This document shows, piece after piece, positions 17,725 through 26,239 of a stretch of 64,000 nucleotides of DNA (positions are counted from its first letter, which is position 1; the number at the start of each line of letters is the position of its first letter). A program made the translations under genes and the position numbers. The stretch lies in the IMG/VR virus record IMGVR_UViG_3300028895_000881, positions 19,069-83,068 of that record. One strand, written 5' to 3'. The notes beneath the pieces are model-generated. The model searched no databases. It was not told where the DNA came from and saw only the letters and a list, made by a program, of their open reading frames with translations. Source of the stretch: a virus.

Positions 17725-18779
17725 TTGCGAAATCCTTTCTTCGCACCCCAGCTCCGTTTCTTCTTTTTGGACCCGTAGCGCTCTTTTTCAGCCGCCTTCT
17801 CTTCGTTAGCCATCAACGCCGCAAGCATGGGATCGGGCTCGTCCTCTTCCTCGTACTCCTCTTCCTCGTACTCCTCTTCCTCGGCGGCAGTAGTGGCGGC
17901 ACTGTCCTCACCCTCTGCACCCTCTTCCTCGTCAAGATCACTCAGCGCATTATCGATCTTCGTTTCGGCCTCGGGCTCCGTTTCGAGCAAATCGTCCGGA
18001 GACATATCCGAAACCATCTCCGGCTCTTCTTCGACCGCAGGACCGCTGAGCACTTTCACATGCACACCGGCAAGGCCGATGTGCCACCAGTGGCTCAAGA
18101 TGCTCTCGAGCTTTTCGCTGTACGCACGGTGCGACATGTCATCGATCCGCTGGTCAAGCTGGTCGATGATCCATGTAGGTTTCCCGATGTGCATCCGGGT
18201 CGTCACCGTCTCGAGCACACAGGAATAGAGCTCCTTGTTGGGCGTTTGCATCACGCCCAACTTGAGGATGAGCAGCTCAGGAGGCTCAACCAACTCGGCG
18301 ATATCCATCGCCATGAACTGGTTGTCATGGTTTTCGATCTCCGACTGATAGATCTTGTGCCCCTGCGCCTTAGCGGTCTTGAGCCAAGCGTCCGGCAGGT
18401 CTTTGTCCGTAATGACTCGAGCGTCCCACATCGTTGACTTCGAAAAAGCCAACGCTTTGAGGTGCGCGCGGAACACCACGTCTTTCGACGTAATCCAAAC
18501 GTTGTGGCCAACGAGGGGTTTCAGTGGAGGACGCTCACGCAGCCCAGGAATCTCCCGCGCTGCGGACAGTGACTTCCACATCCTCTCCATGTTCTGGAGC
18601 TTCAGTGCATCCATCATGCAGTGGCACGAGCGACCACCATCGAGCATGGACTCACCGTAGATAAAACCCAACCCGCCACAGTCCGGGCAGTTGGGGTCGG
18701 CGTACTCTCGGCTCACAACCCTTTTACCCTTCTCAAGCGTACTTGCGAGCGTCCGCTTGGAGGGCCGCGAAGATGTCAT
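17721..18779 (-). CDS. DnaC/DnaI-like helicase-loader-related protein with degenerate ATPase motifs and acidic tail
   Basis: N-terminal CPDC..CHC; ELLILKLG (Walker B-like), R...KPTWII; directly upstream of the helicase. Confidence 0.55.
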   Translation of the reverse strand: MTSSRPSKRTLASTLEKGKRVVSREYADPNCPDCGGLGFIYGESMLDGGRSCHCMMDALKLQNMERMWKSLSAAREIPGLRERPPLKPLVGHNVWITSKDVVFRAHLKALAFSKSTMWDARVITDKDLPDAWLKTAKAQGHKIYQSEIENHDNQFMAMDIAELVEPPELLILKLGVMQTPNKELYSCVLETVTTRMHIGKPTWIIDQLDQRIDDMSHRAYSEKLESILSHWWHIGLAGVHVKVLSGPAVEEEPEMVSDMSPDDLLETEPEAETKIDNALSDLDEEEGAEGEDSAATTAAEEEEYEEEEYEEEDEPDPMLAALMANEEKAAEKERYGSKKKKRSWGAKKGFRK

Positions 18780-21711
18780 CGATGCTGTTGTCCGAAGACA
18801 CCGTCACATCGCTCATACCTTCGCCCTTGAGGCGTTTGCCCATGACCGACTCGATCAGCTTCATCTTTGTACGAAGGACGCTCATCACCTTGGCGTCGAT
18901 GGTGCCACGTGCCACGAGGTGGATCGCATAGCAACGGTCATGGTCTGACCCGATGCGAATCATGCGGCCGAGAATCTGAAGGTAGTCTCCGGCCGACCAG
19001 GGGCTGTCGTAGAAGATGAGCGCCTTGGCCGCCTGGAGGTTGATCCCCTCCTTGGCAGCGTCCGTGATCCAGCAAATGCGCACGTCGGAGTCCGGTTTCT
19101 GGAACTCCTGCATCGCCGCCTTGCGCTGATTTTCGTCCTCGTCGCCAGTGATACGGACGGTCTTGAGTTTGTACTTCTTGCTGTGCGCGACTTCCTCGAG
19201 TTTGTCGATCATCTTGCGGAAACGACTGAAAACGATGACCTTCTCGTCCGCGAGATCCCCCTCGGTAAGGATCTCGAAAAGCTCCTTCATCTTGTCGCTG
19301 TCACCCTCGCAATCCACGAGCTCGGGGTGGTCCACGATCTGCTGGCAGTAGATCAACGAAGTCAGCTTCGTGGTCTCGACCTCCTCGTCCGTGCGATCCT
19401 TCTCCAGCAAACCCTCGAGCGCTTCACGGTACTTGGCCTCCTGCGCTTTCGTCATGCCGCAGTGATGCGTGTCGATCTGGAGCACCGGGAGCTCCTTGGC
19501 CACATCGAACTTCGCACGTGCCAAGAAGTAGGGGTCGATCTTGTCCTTGAACCGCGCGATCTGGTCCTTGCGGTATCCGATGATGACCGGGATTTGCCGG
19601 CGCGAGCCCGGGATGGGCTGCAAGCGCGTGAGACAGTACTCGTTCATGAACTTGCCCTTCGAGCTCGGAAAGAGCCCGGGGACGAGCAGCGAGTAGATGC
19701 CGTAGCCCTCGATTAGGTTGTTCTTGATCAGGGTTGCGGTGAGCGCCCAGAACCGGCTCGCGTTCCGAGACAGATGGCGCACCACCTTGTACGTCTGCGT
19801 GCTCGGGTTCTTGAATGCAGTGGCCTCGTCACACACGAGCACGAAGTCCTTCCAGTGCTGGAGGAACTTGATATCCCGACGTGCTGTCGCGTACCCCATG
19901 ATGAGGACGGTCGGCCCCTTGGCTGACTCGAACTCCTTGTAGATCTTCTCGCGCTTGGCCGGGGTGCCGACACAGGTGATGACGTTGATCTGGTCTGGCG
20001 TGCAGAACTTCTCGAACTCGAGTGCCCACTGACCGACGACCGACTTGTTGGTCAGGATGACGGCCTTCGCGTCGGGCTGCTTGGCCCACACGAAACACAG
20101 GGACGCGATGCTCTGAATCGTGTTGTGATTGACGAGCCCGTTACCCACAAAGGCGTGTCGAGGATCACGCACCTCCAAATCGAACACTTCTGCCCAACCA
20201 TCCTCGAGGGTTACGACTGGATCGTAGAACCACCGGCGTTCTAAAATTTCCTGAACCGCCGCGTACGCCGGGTTAAGCTCCGAAATCCCCACTTCGCGGG
20301 CAATCTCCAAAGCACGCTTCAAGTACTGGTACGTTGGATTGCGGCGACCGGCTCGGATGTGGCCCAGCGTGTTGTAGAACGCTGACCCCCACTTCTTGGC
20401 AATCCCTTCACCTTTGTAACCGTGACGTCCAGCGCGGGCGTAAATTTCGGCGCGAAGGTCTTCGATCTCCGCTTTGGCGTAGGGGACCACATCGAAATTC
20501 GGGTTGCTATTTTTCTCGACCAAAGAGGCCAGGGCCGAGATCTTGCGGCGAGAAACCAGGCCAATTTCACGCATGAGGCGACGAACGTCGTCTCCCTGAA
20601 TTTGAAGACGCCAGTAGACGTGGTCGTACCCCTCAACCATTTTTGGCAGCCTGCTCGTCACGATTCCAAAGGTCAGCAGCATCACCTGGATCTGACGCAG
20701 AAGTGTCTCCGATGCCGAGCTCACCTCCAAACCCAAACCGTTGGCATGTCCTTCCGCATCAAGATACCCCCGAAGGAATTGCCGCATGGAGGCCGGCGAA
20801 CTTTGAAGAACGGACCACGGCACTTCTTTGTCCTTGGCCACACCGGGCACCACTCCAATGGAGCGGAGAAACCGGATGACCTGAGTACTCGACAGCACGA
20901 ACCCAACATCTGTTGAGCGCATCTCGATCCCAAAAACTTGGGCCGCAAGGTCTGCCATGTCCGCGTAAACCTCGGGGTTCCGTTCAGCATGTTGACTCGG
21001 GCTGAAAAAATCGTGACGGCTGAACCAACTCTCGGCCACCAGATAACCCAGGAACCGAGCCAGCTCCGGAGACATTTTCACAGGAATCTGGTGTTTCTTT
21101 TCGTTAGAAGCGCCATGTCCCGGAGAAGGTAGAGCCGGCTCAGACCTGCCCTCCACCATCGCCGTCGATCCAGGGTCCCGATCCACGGCCACAAAATCTC
21201 CTTCTTGAAGATCCCGAAGACGCACCCACTGGTCCACCCCATCACGTCGCACCATGACAGGATGGATCTGAGACCCCTCCACTTCGTACCCACATCGCGT
21301 CACGACTCTGATGGTGGGTTTTTCTCCCCCGTAGTAGAAACGACCGATGTCGCACTGACTTTTCCCGAAATCGACCTGGAGATCTTCACTCATGGGAGCG
21401 AAGGTGTCGGGCTCATCAATGCCAGGGTTGAGATCCTTGATCGGGATCAAGCCACGCGAAGTCCGAATCAAAGTACTTCCAACGCAGCACTTCCCGATTC
21501 CGGTGTCGTCACCGAGCAGGAACCGGTTCATCGCCACCAGATGGAGGACACCCTGCACCTGGTAGTACCGAAGCTTGAAAGGCTTCTCTTCGCCGTCGAA
21601 CCCCGTGAAGGTCGTCTTGAGGAGCGGCGTGGGCTTCAGTGAAAGATCCGTGCGCTGGCGGATCTGCTTGAGCCGATCATGGGCTGCTTTGAGGCGCGGA
21701 TCTTGGGACAT
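18733..21711 (-). CDS. SNF2-family helicase/ATPase, intein-containing
   Basis: LRYYQ, LLGDDTGIGK/T, CDEAT, LTAT, KVIVFSRF, EGINLQ, YDSPW, QILGRMIRIG. Confidence 0.93.
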   Translation of the reverse strand: MSQDPRLKAAHDRLKQIRQRTDLSLKPTPLLKTTFTGFDGEEKPFKLRYYQVQGVLHLVAMNRFLLGDDTGIGKCCVGSTLIRTSRGLIPIKDLNPGIDEPDTFAPMSEDLQVDFGKSQCDIGRFYYGGEKPTIRVVTRCGYEVEGSQIHPVMVRRDGVDQWVRLRDLQEGDFVAVDRDPGSTAMVEGRSEPALPSPGHGASNEKKHQIPVKMSPELARFLGYLVAESWFSRHDFFSPSQHAERNPEVYADMADLAAQVFGIEMRSTDVGFVLSSTQVIRFLRSIGVVPGVAKDKEVPWSVLQSSPASMRQFLRGYLDAEGHANGLGLEVSSASETLLRQIQVMLLTFGIVTSRLPKMVEGYDHVYWRLQIQGDDVRRLMREIGLVSRRKISALASLVEKNSNPNFDVVPYAKAEIEDLRAEIYARAGRHGYKGEGIAKKWGSAFYNTLGHIRAGRRNPTYQYLKRALEIAREVGISELNPAYAAVQEILERRWFYDPVVTLEDGWAEVFDLEVRDPRHAFVGNGLVNHNTIQSIASLCFVWAKQPDAKAVILTNKSVVGQWALEFEKFCTPDQINVITCVGTPAKREKIYKEFESAKGPTVLIMGYATARRDIKFLQHWKDFVLVCDEATAFKNPSTQTYKVVRHLSRNASRFWALTATLIKNNLIEGYGIYSLLVPGLFPSSKGKFMNEYCLTRLQPIPGSRRQIPVIIGYRKDQIARFKDKIDPYFLARAKFDVAKELPVLQIDTHHCGMTKAQEAKYREALEGLLEKDRTDEEVETTKLTSLIYCQQIVDHPELVDCEGDSDKMKELFEILTEGDLADEKVIVFSRFRKMIDKLEEVAHSKKYKLKTVRITGDEDENQRKAAMQEFQKPDSDVRICWITDAAKEGINLQAAKALIFYDSPWSAGDYLQILGRMIRIGSDHDRCYAIHLVARGTIDAKVMSVLRTKMKLIESVMGKRLKGEGMSDVTVSSDNSIDDIFAALQADARKYA
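20122..21489 (-). mobile_element. intein with LAGLIDADG endonuclease in the SNF2 Walker A motif (456 aa)
   Basis: Starts CCVGSTLI after GIGK, ends LVNHN followed by Thr+1; FLGYLVAES and FLRGYLDAEG blocks. Confidence 0.93.
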
Positions 21712-21727
21712 GCGGGGCTTATACGCC

Positions 21728-22405
21728 TCACGAGAAGAGGTCTACGATTTCTTGAACCGCAGGCTTGGCTTGGAACCGATCAGCAACGAGACGCTTCTCG
21801 AAATTCCGCATCAGCATGACAGCCGCTTTGGGATCGCGAGGCGCGTTACCACCCCGGAACTGCTTCACAAGATCCTGGGACTGCTTCCAAACTTCACGAA
21901 CGTAGACGCGCTCGATCTTGGGCACCACGCTTCGCAAAAACCATTTGCCGAAATCTACAAGAGCTCGATCCCGGTCCCGGCTCTGTGACATGTCCGGGAT
22001 CTGCATGGTGTTCCAGTGCGCCGGCACAGCGCCGTACCAAAGGTACATGTTTTGAATCGCCCGAAGCGCCTTGTTGGCGTCGTTGGGCATCGGCGGCCAG
22101 TTCTTGCCGTTGACCAAGAACCAGTTGAAGTAGAGCGGGTCCAGGCCAGCTTTGCGCGCAAACTGCTGCTCCGCACGTTGGGTGGGGCCGATTTCCCTCT
22201 TGATCGTCGCCATCAGGACCTTCTTGGCAGCCTCATAGGCGTCCTCGATCGACTTCTCACGCGCTCGAGGGGTCATGTTGACCACAGGAGGCAGGTCGGC
22301 AGGCGCGGCGGGCTGAGGGCCCCTGGTGGACCGTTGGGTGCGCTGTATGAGGTTGTTGAGCCAAGCCCAAGCAACCTTCTCGTGATTTGCACTCAGTGTG
22401 GTCAT
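21728..22405 (-). CDS. hypothetical protein
   Basis: Start reassigned to ATG 22405 (ATGA overlap with the upstream gene). Confidence 0.65.
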   Translation of the reverse strand: MTTLSANHEKVAWAWLNNLIQRTQRSTRGPQPAAPADLPPVVNMTPRAREKSIEDAYEAAKKVLMATIKREIGPTQRAEQQFARKAGLDPLYFNWFLVNGKNWPPMPNDANKALRAIQNMYLWYGAVPAHWNTMQIPDMSQSRDRDRALVDFGKWFLRSVVPKIERVYVREVWKQSQDLVKQFRGGNAPRDPKAAVMLMRNFEKRLVADRFQAKPAVQEIVDLFS

Positions 22406-23226
22406 TTGGGTGGATCCCGAACGTCGATGACGACACGGCCGGGACCCGAGATGTGGAGGTTGGCCCCTTGAACGGTGCGCGTCGTACGTACCTGTCCATA
22501 GGGATGTATAGACCAATCAACGTCCGGCATCTCCAAGCGCCCCTGGATGTCCTTTTCGAGCGTCGTGGGCACGTGAGGCGCCTTTTTCACGATCTGCTTT
22601 GCGACATCCTTCATGGGCATCGAGTGCATCCCAGCCGCCCGGAGAGCTCCTTGAGTCTTGTTGCCCACGACACCGTCGATGGCACCAACGTTGAACCCGA
22701 TGCGATGCAAGTGGGTCTGCACAAGACGCTCCGTCATGCGAGGTCCCTCCCACTTACCGACATCGATCTGAGCGGCACAGCAGAACCCGGGCCACCCCGC
22801 CTCACCCCGTCCCGCGCCGAGGAGCTGGTCCATCATCGTCGTCCAGTCGCCGATGAAATGGAAGACCTCATCATGAGGGCCCGGCAACGGGTAGCGCGTG
22901 AACGGAGTGAACCCCAACGGAATCGCCATCCCCCACAACATGGCGAGCTCCCGCTCTCGACGGGATGCAGCCGAGCCTTCTTCGTCTTTCTTGATCGTCA
23001 GGCGCAGGTAGACTTCGCGCCCCGTGGGCACAGCACTCCACTCCGGAGGAAGTCCCGTAGGTCCTGGGTCTTCTCGGATGGAACCCCACCCCATCTCGAG
23101 CGCGGGACGTCCTTCGACTTTCAACGTGACGTTGAGCTTGGAGACCTGACGTTCGAGCTTCCGAAGCGCGTCGATCGTGTCAGGAGTGAAGACGCCGTTC
23201 TTGTGTTGGACGAGCTGATAGCGCAT
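22402..23226 (-). CDS. peptidoglycan-binding-domain protein, possible degenerate M15-type endolysin
   Basis: VQTHLHRIGFNVGAIDGVVGNKTQGALR matches a PG_binding_1-type motif; N-terminal part has M15-like spacing without the full Zn ligands. Confidence 0.65.
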   Translation of the reverse strand: MRYQLVQHKNGVFTPDTIDALRKLERQVSKLNVTLKVEGRPALEMGWGSIREDPGPTGLPPEWSAVPTGREVYLRLTIKKDEEGSAASRRERELAMLWGMAIPLGFTPFTRYPLPGPHDEVFHFIGDWTTMMDQLLGAGRGEAGWPGFCCAAQIDVGKWEGPRMTERLVQTHLHRIGFNVGAIDGVVGNKTQGALRAAGMHSMPMKDVAKQIVKKAPHVPTTLEKDIQGRLEMPDVDWSIHPYGQVRTTRTVQGANLHISGPGRVVIDVRDPPK

Positions 23227-23232
23227 GGCTTT

Positions 23233-24894
23233 TCACGAACCTGTCCGCGTGAGGGCAACCTCAGCGGTGAGAAGGGTGGACGCGGTCGAGATCGCAGTAA
23301 GCACAACGCTCTTCACGACAGCGAGTGGGTCACAGATGATGGGATCATGGCGCAGATCGCGAACTTCGTTGGTGCGGGCATCCCAACCCGTCTGCCAACC
23401 CGCCATCGGACGGGTCGCCCCAGGCTCCGTAGCAGCCTTCTGAACGCGCTCAAGGACAACCGCTCCCTCGTGCCCCGCATTCCGGGCAAGAACCCTCAGA
23501 GGCTCCTTCAGGGCCTCCACGAGAACCCTCGCGCCGAGCCCGGCGACGGCAAACTCAGGGACCTTCCGGGAAAAGCCGGCAGCCCCCTCCCAGAAATTGG
23601 AGAGCGCCAGGTATGCGATCCCACCTCCGGGGACCACCCCTTCTTCAAGCGCGACACGAACAGCCTCAAGCGCGTCTTCGATCCGTCCTCGTTTTTCACG
23701 AATCTCGGTGTCGGACCACCCACCCACCCGCATGACACAGAACCCTTCGGTGAGCTTCGCGATTCTCGTGCGCAGCTTTTCGGCGTCGTGGCTGAAATCG
23801 ATCTGCTCACGGTGGAGCTGGGACACCCGCTCATCGATGAGTGGGTACTTGTCTTCGAAGGCTACGAAGATCGCGGAGTCGCTCTTGATGGTCGCCGTCT
23901 GAGCTGAGCCAAACATCTCCGACCGAAATTCACTGAACGGCGTGACGAGAGGATCCATTACAGTGGCGCCCGTCAGCGCTGCTAGATCAGCTAAATGATG
24001 CCGCATGTGATCTACATGCCCAGGACAGCGCACAGCGCAGACTTGGAGTTTGCCCCCCGTTGGTAGTTCGAGCTTCTTGTCGTTGGCGACGAGCAGCTTC
24101 ACAGCTTCACCGAAACAGCCACGCGACACGATGATGAGCGGGTGCGGAAACTGAGTGGCTTCCTCCACGATCGGGCTGATGTCCTTGAGCGTCGTGAGTT
24201 CGGCGTCGATCAACGCCACGAGGGGCACATCCATGTGGCGAGGGCCGCCGTCAGGACCTGCAAGCTCACTGCTCTCCCAACCACGATCGATCTCCATGCC
24301 AGTCTTATGGTCGAGCTCGATGCCCCGACCTTTGCCTTCTTCGACCACGACCATGCCTTCGGAGCCAACACGACTAAACGCCTCGACGATGGCGTCTGCG
24401 ATCTCGAGGTCTCCGTTGCAAGCCGTGAGCGCGACGTGTCGCATCAACTCTTCGTCCTCGACCGGCTCGGGGCACATCACGTCCCACAAGTTCGCACCCT
24501 CGAAGTCTTCGGCAATCCGCTGAAGGTCTTGTGCAAGCAGAGCCGGGTGCGCCCCCGCAGCTACCCACTTGAGGCTCTCACGCAGGATGGCGTGTACCAG
24601 AATCGCGGTTGTCGTCGTACCGTCTCCGCACGCCTTGTTCACCTTGTGGCAGGCTTCTTGGAGCACCCTCGTACCAAGGCGTTGGACTCGATTCTCGGGC
24701 TCGACTTCCCAAGCCACGGACACCCCATCTTTGGTCGAGAGTAGACCGCCGGCACGATCAAGCATGACCGTACGTCCTCGAGGCCCGTATGTTGCCGAAA
24801 CGACCCGAGCCATCTCCTCGACACCAGCCAACATGTGGCGTCGAGCTTCGAGGCCCCGGTTAACCTGAACGGGTTGCTTCTTTCTTCGTCTCAC
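23233..24894 (-). CDS. groEL: GroEL-like chaperonin (phage-encoded)
   Basis: TYGPRGRTV, TKDGVSVA, GDGTTT, EKRGRIEDAL, GVVPGGG, DPLAVV; GTG 24894 best matches the GroEL N-terminus (track start 24942). Confidence 0.92.
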   Translation of the reverse strand: MRRRKKQPVQVNRGLEARRHMLAGVEEMARVVSATYGPRGRTVMLDRAGGLLSTKDGVSVAWEVEPENRVQRLGTRVLQEACHKVNKACGDGTTTTAILVHAILRESLKWVAAGAHPALLAQDLQRIAEDFEGANLWDVMCPEPVEDEELMRHVALTACNGDLEIADAIVEAFSRVGSEGMVVVEEGKGRGIELDHKTGMEIDRGWESSELAGPDGGPRHMDVPLVALIDAELTTLKDISPIVEEATQFPHPLIIVSRGCFGEAVKLLVANDKKLELPTGGKLQVCAVRCPGHVDHMRHHLADLAALTGATVMDPLVTPFSEFRSEMFGSAQTATIKSDSAIFVAFEDKYPLIDERVSQLHREQIDFSHDAEKLRTRIAKLTEGFCVMRVGGWSDTEIREKRGRIEDALEAVRVALEEGVVPGGGIAYLALSNFWEGAAGFSRKVPEFAVAGLGARVLVEALKEPLRVLARNAGHEGAVVLERVQKAATEPGATRPMAGWQTGWDARTNEVRDLRHDPIICDPLAVVKSVVLTAISTASTLLTAEVALTRTGS

Positions 24895-24945
24895 AGCGCA
24901 AAGAAGGGGGTTCGATCCCTCGTTGAGGGAGTTGCTATACAAGCA

Positions 24946-25182
24946 TCATCGAGGATTGAGGATGTAGTTCCGGACGAATTTGGCGAACTGGTCCCCATCA
25001 ACGTCAGCGTCGAGGTCTACGATCTTGACGTCCTCGGTTCCTGGTTTCGATGTGTGCCAGATGACTTCTTCGATCTGGAAGTTCGTCCAGATGAGGCGTT
25101 TGAGCTCTTCCCGACGCTCCTCATCCAGAAGGTTCGAGGCGTACCGGATCGTGACTTTCTCGTCCCTGGGAAACGCTTCCAT
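24946..25182 (-). CDS. small hypothetical protein
   Basis: ATG 25182 lies 7 nt downstream of a TAGAAT box and downstream of a terminator-like hairpin. Confidence 0.55.
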   Translation of the reverse strand: MEAFPRDEKVTIRYASNLLDEERREELKRLIWTNFQIEEVIWHTSKPGTEDVKIVDLDADVDGDQFAKFVRNYILNPR

Positions 25183-25189
25183 GTCTCGG

Positions 25190-25198
25190 ATTCTACCC
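25190..25198 (-). promoter_or_regulatory. candidate -10 element (GGG-TAGAAT)
   Basis: Similar G(C/T/G)G-TA(G/A/T)AA boxes lie upstream of the SNF2 gene (21718-21726), ligA (11610-11618) and polA (5736-5744). Confidence 0.4.
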
Positions 25199-25200
25199 CT

Positions 25201-25239
25201 TAAACGAACGAGGGCCCGACCGTTTGGCCGAGCCCTCGT
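25201..25239 (-). terminator. probable intrinsic terminator closing the structural/membrane-protein transcript
   Basis: 14-bp stem ACGAGGGCTCGGCC-AAAC-GGTCGGGCCCTCGT (G:U pairs on the minus strand) followed by TCGTTTA, about 20 nt after the stop at 25260. Confidence 0.6.
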
Positions 25240-25259
25240 ACACACAATGTCTTGTGTGG

Positions 25260-25853
25260 TTAGGCGTCACCCTCCGCAGCTTCCGCCTTGGCCGACAGGA
25301 AGTGCTTGAGGAGCATCTCCCACAGACCCACTGCGGTCGCGCCAGCCGTGGCACCACCGAGCAGCGCATCCGGGATGGAGGCGCCCTCTGCCATCAAAGC
25401 CGCAATGACGTAACTGAGCACACCGAATGCAGCGGTCACCCACGGGAGTGCCTTGCTGGGTACCTTGTTGAGGACTCCGGTGCGACGGAGCCCAAAGACG
25501 AGTAGGGAAAGGCCGAGACCCAGAGCGAGTGCCCATTGCTTCTGTTGAAGCGCGTTGTAGAGCCCCTTGGCAGTCTCAACGGCCTCCTCGTCACTCTCGA
25601 TCTCCTTGGCCGGAGCAAGCTCTTCGCCGCCAGTGGTGCCGGTATCGCCGTCCTTGGCATCGTCTGCCGGAAGGTCAGCCTTGGGAGCATCCTCGTCGGC
25701 AGCGGGAAGGTCAGCCTTGGGGGCCTCGCCGTCGTCCTTGTCACCGGCGCCGGTCTCGGCAGCAACGTCTCCTGCGGGAGGCGCGGCCAGGGCCGGGGCA
25801 CTGATGGCGAAAACGGCCAGGAAGGCCAGCAGCATCATGATCCGATTCTTCAT
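25260..25853 (-). CDS. membrane protein with signal peptide, acidic linker and about 3 TM helices (holin-like)
   Basis: MKNRIMMLLAFLAVFAISAPALA signal; duplicated APKADLPA; hydrophobic C-terminal helices. Confidence 0.7.
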   Translation of the reverse strand: MKNRIMMLLAFLAVFAISAPALAAPPAGDVAAETGAGDKDDGEAPKADLPAADEDAPKADLPADDAKDGDTGTTGGEELAPAKEIESDEEAVETAKGLYNALQQKQWALALGLGLSLLVFGLRRTGVLNKVPSKALPWVTAAFGVLSYVIAALMAEGASIPDALLGGATAGATAVGLWEMLLKHFLSAKAEAAEGDA

Positions 25854-26239
25854 CGTTCTTCTCCTTGAGTAGCGGTCAGAATCGTCTTCACGATCACCGC
25901 TTTGGTGTCACCAGGTTTGACTTCCAAACCCTTTTGCTGAGCGTAGAGGTATAGCTTCGCGTGCGGGATGGTCGAGAGATTCTCGAAATTCATCTCGTCG
26001 AGGTCGAGCTCGATCTCCACGGGAGGCATCGGGCCTGGGTCGATCGCCCCAGGAGGGGGCGATTCGTCTTCGAGGTACTCCTTGGGCTTGCCCAGCCTGT
26101 CCAACAACTGGAGCAGGAGCGTGCGCTCCTCGGCCCGGATACCGGGACGGCGCAATGCCTCCTTGAGTCTCTTCTCCTGCCGCTTCAGGTACGGCGCTCG
26201 AAGCTCAATGGAGATCATGTTCTGGGCAAGGTGTTTCAT
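25850..26239 (-). CDS. hypothetical protein with a possible C-terminal helix-extended-helix motif
   Basis: 129-aa ORF coupled on both sides; AKLYLYAQQKGLEV...TKAVIVKTIL. Confidence 0.6.
   Translation of the reverse strand: MKHLAQNMISIELRAPYLKRQEKRLKEALRRPGIRAEERTLLLQLLDRLGKPKEYLEDESPPPGAIDPGPMPPVEIELDLDEMNFENLSTIPHAKLYLYAQQKGLEVKPGDTKAVIVKTILTATQGEER

Noticed and set aside
17840-17885. Short tandem DNA repeat TCCTCGTACTCCTCT
   Set aside because: It simply encodes the EEEEY low-complexity acidic tract; the same applies to the APEA repeat near 1637-1670 in the polymerase linker.
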